64,000 nucleotides of DNA from Eledone cirrhosa (taxonomy: Eukaryota). The position numbers were made by a program, and so were the translations under genes. The notes under the pieces were generated by a model. That model did no database searches, was not told where the DNA came from, and worked only from the letters and a program-made list of their open reading frames with translations. The first letter of the stretch is position 1. Each line of letters starts with the position of its first letter. This document shows, in pieces, positions 55,701 through 64,000 of the stretch. The DNA lies in the NCBI GenBank assembly GCA_964016885.1, contig OZ024742.1:17360001-17424000 (forward strand), in the 5' to 3' direction.

Positions 55701-56345
55701 ATCAAAAGATGGTTAAAAGAGTTCCAAGTATTTTATTATGCGCATTTCAAAAACAAATATCATCACGAGATGATATCTGCGTTTTCATCAGATAAAATAG
55801 GGATACATGATATGAAGGTTAAAAAACACTTGTGAATAGTGAAGTTTTAAATCAACATATCTTATATTATTTATACTCCAGTCCTACAAATTGTAGAGTG
55901 CTACTTATACAATATTTGCATTGCTTTATTGTGCTACAATAAAACTCACCTTCTATATATCTATATATATATATATATACATTATGAAGAGAGAAGAAAC
56001 ATTTAGATATAATTAGTAATAAAATGTATCATACCTAAACTGCTCCTAAATTCCTCGACTACGTAGTTTCGTGGCATAAACAAAAACAATATATCATAAA
56101 GATATAGAGTCCCTGCGAGGTCTGCCGACTTATCAAGAGGATACCTCATTTTACTAGTCTCAAGAACGCGTCTACACGACGTGAGAAAGAATCCCAAAAG
56201 GCGGAGGGGGAGATAGTCACGCGATATAACGGTCGAGAAACAGAGCTAAGCCTCTTATAACCACGAAGAAAATACCACGGAGGCGGAGGGGGTATTCATA
56301 TCGAGGCCGCAGAATATATATATATATATTACAACCCTATATATA

Positions 56346-56429
<84 letters not shown>

Positions 56430-56719
56430 GAGAAGAAAGAATACTGCGTGATTGCACATGGGTTACATATGATAAAAATAGTCCTTCGTCAGTGATTTTC
56501 CAACCTTCATTGGTATTTCATCGCTTTAAAAATATTATATACCTCCGGTTGGTGCGAGCAATAGCTAAATAAAGCTATTGGGACAAGTAAATCGCGTAAC
56601 GCAAGTGAGACAAGTAAACAACATAGAAGGATGAAAGATATATATTGGGTTGAAACATACGTTCCTGCCGTTTTGTTATTACGAAGTTTTATAACAACGG
56701 CGGGAATTTCTGTAACAAC

Positions 56720-56819
<100 letters not shown>

Positions 56820-57767
56820 AGCAAATTATAAACGTAAACATGTAAGTATGTTTTTGAAACGGTGCGCGAGTTTGAAATTAGAAATTAGAAATTATAAGCT
56901 TTCACCGTATTTTAGACTAAAGAAATTTCTAGCCTGAAATTTATAACCCTCGGAGAAATGGAAAAAGATGAGTGTTGCCGTACGGCAACACTCATCTTTT
57001 CTAATATATATATATATATATGAAAATTGGCAAATGGCATGCTGCGTTGTTGCAAATGAGTCCAGAAAAAGCCGTCGAAACGGCTTGAGCTCTGCCATCG
57101 GGGTCATACTTGTTCCTATTACCCATTCTACTACACTAAGTATTGAGTACTTTGGTGCGTTATGGTCCATCTGGTTCCTTACCACAATTCCTTCGATATA
57201 TATATATATATATATAGATATATATATATTGTTATAAAACCATCTTGTAGGATAGAAGAAAGGAGGGACACAAAATAAAAACCTAGTAACTGAAGAGGTC
57301 ACAGAATGTGTTACAAAAGAGCTTTGACAATATATATGCAACCATCCGGTTATTGAACCAACCAACCGAAAATTTATAATAAACTAAAGTGAAAATCAAA
57401 AGATACGTGTGTGTTTATTGGCACCATGACCCTCCCAAAGTATAACAATATCTATTTCAATACACGTTTTCAGATAAGTAATCCTGGAAAACGAATTCAG
57501 AAACGAAATATATATACGTATATATATATATATATATATTGCCAGAAATAATAAAACACACTCACTGTTTAGTTTGGATTGGTTTTCGCTTCTGTATATT
57601 TTGTATCCCTATAGCTTATCATTGATTGGCCAACGGTTAAGAATATAGATATAAATATATCAGTATTGAACTAGTTAAACCATTATTCAACAGAATACTC
57701 AATGCTTGTATAGTAGAGTGGAACTAGCTGTCGAAATGGCAAGAGCTCAGTTGTCGGGCGATGACAC

Positions 57768-57829
<62 letters not shown>

Positions 57830-58608
57830 CTTTAGCACCACCCGGTCACGGATGACCATGGTTTTCACCTAGAAAGTCTGGGCAAGGTTGTTTGTGGAAG
57901 ACCAGCAGTCACCCATGCATACCAGTCTCCCCTCTCCACGCCACCGGTGTTGTCCAAGGGAAAGTTGAGTAAACTCTGTAAACAGCTGAGTAAACTGGAG
58001 CAACGTGAAATAAAGTGTCTTGCTCAAGGACACAACGCATCACCTGGTCCGAGAATCGGACTCACAACCTCTCAATTGCAAGCCCAATGCTCTAACAACT
58101 GAGCCACGCTCCTTCACCATATATATACCATCAACACTATATATATACCATCAACACTATACATATACCATCAACACTATACACACAGAGCTGGCTCTGC
58201 ACATTCTAGCATCTTCCCCAATCCATGAGAGCCGTTATTTGATTCGAATAACACGTGATTTCGCCCACTCTGGCCCCGGTGTCTATTTGCAATCTCTCTA
58301 GCTATGAAGGTTAAATGTGCAGGATTCAGTCTCGCATTTTGCTGACTGATGATCCATGTTGGACTGTTATTCTACACATATAGGTGGTGACACATATAAG
58401 TGGTGAAACGAAAAATTAGGTTCGTATCAGAAAAATATAGTTATAAGATTTGTGATTGAAAATTCCAGTCCAGAGATTTGATTCTGATCTGGGTTTTTTT
58501 TCTATTTAATTGCTTACCTGTAGATATTGTTCCCTATACAGTAACGGTAAAATCACTTGTAATAATTCTTTACACACTTCTCACTGAGTAACACATTTCT
58601 ATCTGTGT

Positions 58609-58730
58609 AATATATACATATATAATATATATATATATATATATAATATATATATGTATAATATATGTATATAATATATATATATATATAATATATATAT
58701 ATATATAATATATATATATATATATAATAT

Positions 58731-58799
<69 letters not shown>

Positions 58800-58881
58800 A
58801 ATATATGTATATAATATATATATATATATAATATATATATGTATAATATATGTATATAATATATATATATATATAATATAT

Positions 58882-58965
<84 letters not shown>

Positions 58966-59408
58966 ATATATATATATATATATAATATATATATATATAA
59001 TATATATTTCGTTTCTGACTATATATAAACAACTATCTGGTTGTGGAACCAACCAACCGACCAGAAATTTATAAGTTTGTAAATTTGTAAATTTATAAAC
59101 TTATAAATATATAATAAATTGAAGTGAAAGCAATTGGTGCGTGGGTTTCTTATTGGCAACATGACCCTCCCAAAGTATAACAATATAATATATATATTAT
59201 ATATATATATATATATATAAATTATATATATATATATATAATATATATATATATATTATATATATATATATATATAAATATATAATATATATATATATAA
59301 TATATATATAATATATATATATAATATATATATATAATATAAAATAAATATATATATATATATATAATAAATATATATATAAAATATATATATATGAATA
59401 TATATGTA

Positions 59409-59441
<33 letters not shown>

Positions 59442-59466
59442 TATAATATATATATATATATAATAA

Positions 59467-59503
<37 letters not shown>

Positions 59504-59616
59504 TATAATATATATATATAATATATATATATATATAATAAATATATATATAATATATATAATATATATATATATATAATATATATATATATATAATAAA
59601 TATATATATATAATTT

Positions 59617-59647
<31 letters not shown>

Positions 59648-60876
59648 TATAAATAATATATATATATATATATATGTGCATATATATATATATATATAAT
59701 ATATATATATATATAATAAATATATATATAATATATATTAGAAAGATCGAGTATCGAAAAATCGGCGCACGAGTTCACGAAAAACGAAATTCGATATGAG
59801 CGGCAGAGGGCTCAATAATTCAGATGAATCAGAGCTATAACTATCGTTAAAATACCATCACATATAGAACAAGTCTACAATCAACCATACGATTTAAAAT
59901 CGATAAAGGAAGATTCGGGCCAAACAGATAAAAAATATCAATAAAACAATACGTCAATAATTTAAATGAATGTAAAATCATACCCGGACCCACTAGAAAG
60001 GTGTTAAATCTAGCTTCATGGGTTTCTGTAAATCCTTAGACAGTACTCTATCAGCTCACATATAAATATAAAAGCCTACTAGAATAAGTGGAACGGAGTT
60101 TACGTTGTCAACGAGTTTTATCCTGGCGGCAAAGGAGTCAACTAGCGGTGAAAAACGCACATGGCATTAGACAAGGGAGATGACCCCTATATCCGCGAAA
60201 AACAATTCGAGTGAATGTGGAAATACACATATCGAATTAGAGTGCTCAATAGACATGTTAAAATAAAACAAAAGCTATTCATCACTCAATAGAATCGACA
60301 AAAAATGAGCAATAAAATTAACTGGTGGATAGCTATGTCCAGAGCTAAATATATTAGAAAGATCGAGTATCGAAAAATCGGCGCACGAGTTCACGAAAAA
60401 CGAAATTCGATATGAGCGGCAGAGGGCTCAATAATTCAGATGAATCAGAGCTATAACTATCGTTAAAATACCATCACATATAGAACAAGTCTACAATCAA
60501 CCATACGATTTAAAATCGATAAAGGAAGATTCGGGCCAAACAGATAAAAAATATCAATAAGACAATACGTCAATAATTTAAATGAATGTAAAATCATACC
60601 CGGACCCACTAGAAAGGTGTTAAATCTAGCTTCATGGGTTTCTGTAAATCCTTAGACAAGTACTCTATCAGCTCACATATAGCCTACTATATATAATATA
60701 TATATATATAATATATATATATAATATATATATATATAATATATATATATATAATATATATATATATATAATATATATATATAATATATATATATATATA
60801 ATATATATATATAATATATATATATATATAATATATATAAATATATATAATAATATATATATATAATATATATAAT

Positions 60877-60922
<46 letters not shown>

Positions 60923-60997
60923 TATATATAATATATATATATAATATATATATATAATATATATATATATTATATATAATATATATATAATATATAT

Positions 60998-61083
<86 letters not shown>

Positions 61084-61159
61084 TATAATATATATATAAT
61101 ATATATATATAATATATATATATATATTATATATATATAATATATATAATATATATAAT

Positions 61160-61203
<44 letters not shown>

Positions 61204-61507
61204 TATATATATATATATATATTATATATTATATATATACATATATATATTATATATTATATATATATATATATATTATATATATATATATATATTATAT
61301 ATATGTATATATATTATATATTATATATATATATATATATTATATATATATATATATATTATATATATATATAGATTATATATATATATATAGATTATAT
61401 ATATATATATATTATATATATTATATATTATATATATTATATTATATATATATATTATATATATATATATATATTATATATTATATATATATATTATATA
61501 TTATATA
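58609..61507. repeat. Long interrupted (TA)n/TAA field with embedded element fragments
   Basis: Direct reading. Confidence 0.92.
59733..60688. repeat. ~340-bp near-identical direct duplication (59733-60080 and 60349-60688) around a unique spacer, within (TA)n
   Basis: attagaaagatcgagtatcg recurs at an offset of 616. Confidence 0.9.
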
Positions 61508-61707
61508 NNNNNNNNNNNNNNNNNNNNNNNNNNNNNNNNNNNNNNNNNNNNNNNNNNNNNNNNNNNNNNNNNNNNNNNNNNNNNNNNNNNNNNNNNNNNN
61601 NNNNNNNNNNNNNNNNNNNNNNNNNNNNNNNNNNNNNNNNNNNNNNNNNNNNNNNNNNNNNNNNNNNNNNNNNNNNNNNNNNNNNNNNNNNNNNNNNNNN
61701 NNNNNNN
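61508..61707. other. Assembly gap (200 N)
   Basis: Run of N. Confidence 1.
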
Positions 61708-63966
61708 TCTCCCCATCTCTCTCTTTCCCTCACTGCCTCCGTCTCTCTCTTTCCCACACTGCCTCCGTCTCTCTCGCTCTCCCCATCTCTCTCTTTCCCT
61801 CACTGCCTCCGTCTCTCTCTTTCACTCACTGCCTCCGTCTCTCTCGCTCTCCCCACCTTTCTCTTTGACTCACTGCCTCCATCTCTCTCGCTCTCCCCAT
61901 CTCTCTCTTTCACTCACTGCCTCCGTCTCTCTCGCTCTCCCACCTCTCTCTTTCACTCACTGCTTCCGTGTCTCTCGCTCTCCCCACCTCTCTCTTTCAC
62001 TCACTGCCTCCGTCTCTCTTTCTCTTCCCATCTCTCTCTTTCACTCACTGCCTCCGTCTCTCTTTCTCTCCCCATCTCTCTCTTTCACTCACTACCTCCG
62101 TCTCTCTTGCTCTCCCCACTTCTCTCTTTCACTCACTGCCTCCATCTCTCTTTCTCTCCCCATCTCTCTCTTTCACTCACTGCCTCCGTCTCTCTTGCTC
62201 TCCCCATCTCTCTCTTTCACTCACTGCCTCCGTCTCTCTTGCCCCCCCCCATCTCTCTCTTTCACTCACTGCCTCCGTCTCTCTTTCTCTCCCCATCTCT
62301 CTCTTTCACTCACTGCCTCCGTCTCTCTTTCTCTCCCCATCTCTCTCTTTCACTCACTGCCTCCGTCTCTCTTGCTCTCCCCATCTCTCTCTTTCACTCA
62401 CTGCCTCCGTCTCTCTTGCTCTCCCCATCTCTCTCTTTCACTCACTGCCTCCGTCTCTCTTTCTCTCCCCATCTCTCTCTTTCACTCACTGCCTCCGTCT
62501 CTCTCGCTCTCCCCACCTCTCTCTTTCACTCACTGCCTCCATCTCTCTCGCTCTCCCCACTTCTCTCTTTCACTCACTGCCTCCGTCTCTCTTGATCTCC
62601 CCACCTCTCTCTTTCACTCACTGCCTCCGTCTCTCTCGCTCTCCCCATCTCTCTCTTTCCCTCACTGCCTCCGTCTCTCTTGCTCTCCCCACCTCCCTCT
62701 TTCACTAACTGCCTCCGTCTCTCTTTCTCTCCCCATCTCTCTCTTTCACTCACTGCCTCCGTCTCTCTTGCTCTCCCCATCTCTCTCTTTCACTCACTGT
62801 CTCCGTCTCTCTCGCTCTCCCACCTCTCTCTTTCACTCACTGCCTCCGTGTCTCTCGCTCTCCCCACCTCTCTCTTTCACTCACTGCCTCCGTCTCTCTC
62901 GCTCTCCCCACCTCTCTCTTTCACTCACTGCCTCCATCTCTCTCGCTCTCCCCACTTCTCTCTTTCACTCACTGCCTCCGTCTCTCTTGATCTCCCCACC
63001 TCTCTCTTTCACTCACTGCCTCCGTCTCTCTCGCTCTCCCCATCTCTCTCTTTCCCTCACTGCCTCCGTCTCTCTCTTTCACTCACTGTCTCCGTCTCTC
63101 TTGCTCTCCCCATCTCTCTCTTTCACTCACTGCCTCCGTCTCACTTGCTCTCCCCACCTCCCTCTTTCACTAACTGCCTCCGTCTCTCTTTCTCTCCCCA
63201 TCTGTCTCTTTCACTCACTGCCTCCGTCTCTCTTTCTCTCCCCATCTCTCTCTTTCACTCACTGCCTCCGTCTCTCTTGCTCTCCCCATCTCTCTCTTTC
63301 ACTCACTGCCTCCGTCTCTCTTGCTCTCCCCATCTCTCTCTTTCACTCACTGCCTCCGTCTCTCTTTCTCTCTCCATCTCTCTCTTTCACTCACTGCCTC
63401 CGTCTCTCTTTCTCTCCCCATCTCTCTCTTTCACTCACTACCTCCGTCTCTCTTGCTCTCCCCACTTCTCTCTTTCACTCACTGCCTCCGTCTCTCTTTC
63501 TCTCCCCATCTCTCTCTTTCACTCACTGCCTCCGTCTCTCTTGCTCTCCCCATCTCTCTCTTTCACTCACTGCCTCCGTCTCTCTTCCCCCCCCCCCATC
63601 TCTCTCTTTCACTCACTGCCTCCGTCTCTCTTGCCCCCCCCCATCTCTCTCTTTCACTCACTGCCTCCGTCTCTCTTGCCCCCCCCCCCCCCATCTCTCT
63701 CTTTCACTCACTGCCTCCGTCTCTCTTTCTCTCCCCATCTCTCTCTTTCACTCACTGCCTCCGTCTCTCTTGCTCTCCCCATCTCTCTCTTTCACTCACT
63801 GCCTCCGTCTCTCTTGCCCCCCCCCCCATCTCTCTCTTTCACTCACTGCCTCCGTCTCTCTTGCCCCCCCCCCCCCATCTCTCTCTTTCACTCACTGCCT
63901 CCGTCTCTCTTGCTCTCCCCATCTCTCTCTTTCACTCACTGCCTCCGTCTCTCTTGCTCTCCCCAC
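61708..63966. repeat. 42-44 bp pyrimidine-rich satellite, roughly 50 copies
   Basis: Unit cactcactgcctccgtctctcttkctctccccatctctctcttt. Confidence 0.96.
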
Positions 63967-64000
63967 TATTAAAAGCAAATGGGGGCTCACACGCTGGTCT

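Noticed and set aside
56440-56495. Hammerhead at CTGACGA (minus strand); also CTGATGA at 49484 and CTGAAGA at 2324 and 33851
   Set aside because: No correctly placed GAAA or closing stems.
61494-63972. Long Ser/Leu-rich ORFs and ORFs containing X
   Set aside because: Satellite DNA and assembly gap.

Overview
AT-rich, repeat-saturated animal genomic DNA. The SINE families, dense (TA)n/(TACA)n microsatellites and a 200-N scaffold gap suggest a cephalopod such as Octopus (inference). I found no convincing protein-coding gene, only one possible short exon at 8651-8699, and almost all long ORFs in the track are translations of simple repeats. The window holds two tRNA-derived SINE families, fragments of CR1, RTE and restriction-like-endonuclease LINEs, a mariner remnant, a complete non-autonomous Helitron and several satellites. 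The main hidden signal is about ten sequence-distinct families of short elements sitting in (TA)n tracts. Many are fold-back (inverted-repeat) insertions with the same polarity: 5' heads inward, 3' tails against the TA repeats, and one arm shorter than the other. Most carry a minimal type I hammerhead ribozyme, read by eye at 11452, 11843, 22310, 25544, 26683, 38048, 42326 and 52140. Many of these have non-canonical cores (UUGAAAA, CUGACGA, CUGAGGA, CAGAAGA, and a recurrent U-U at the base of stem II). The largest (35578-38245) retains a Penelope-like GIY-YIG endonuclease C-terminus, which ties the set to Penelope-like retroelements. One family has a different conserved three-way-junction RNA at the equivalent position. 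A 75-bp SINE-derived satellite also repeats a hammerhead-like core in most of its ~17 units. All structures were inferred by eye; no folding or database search was run.
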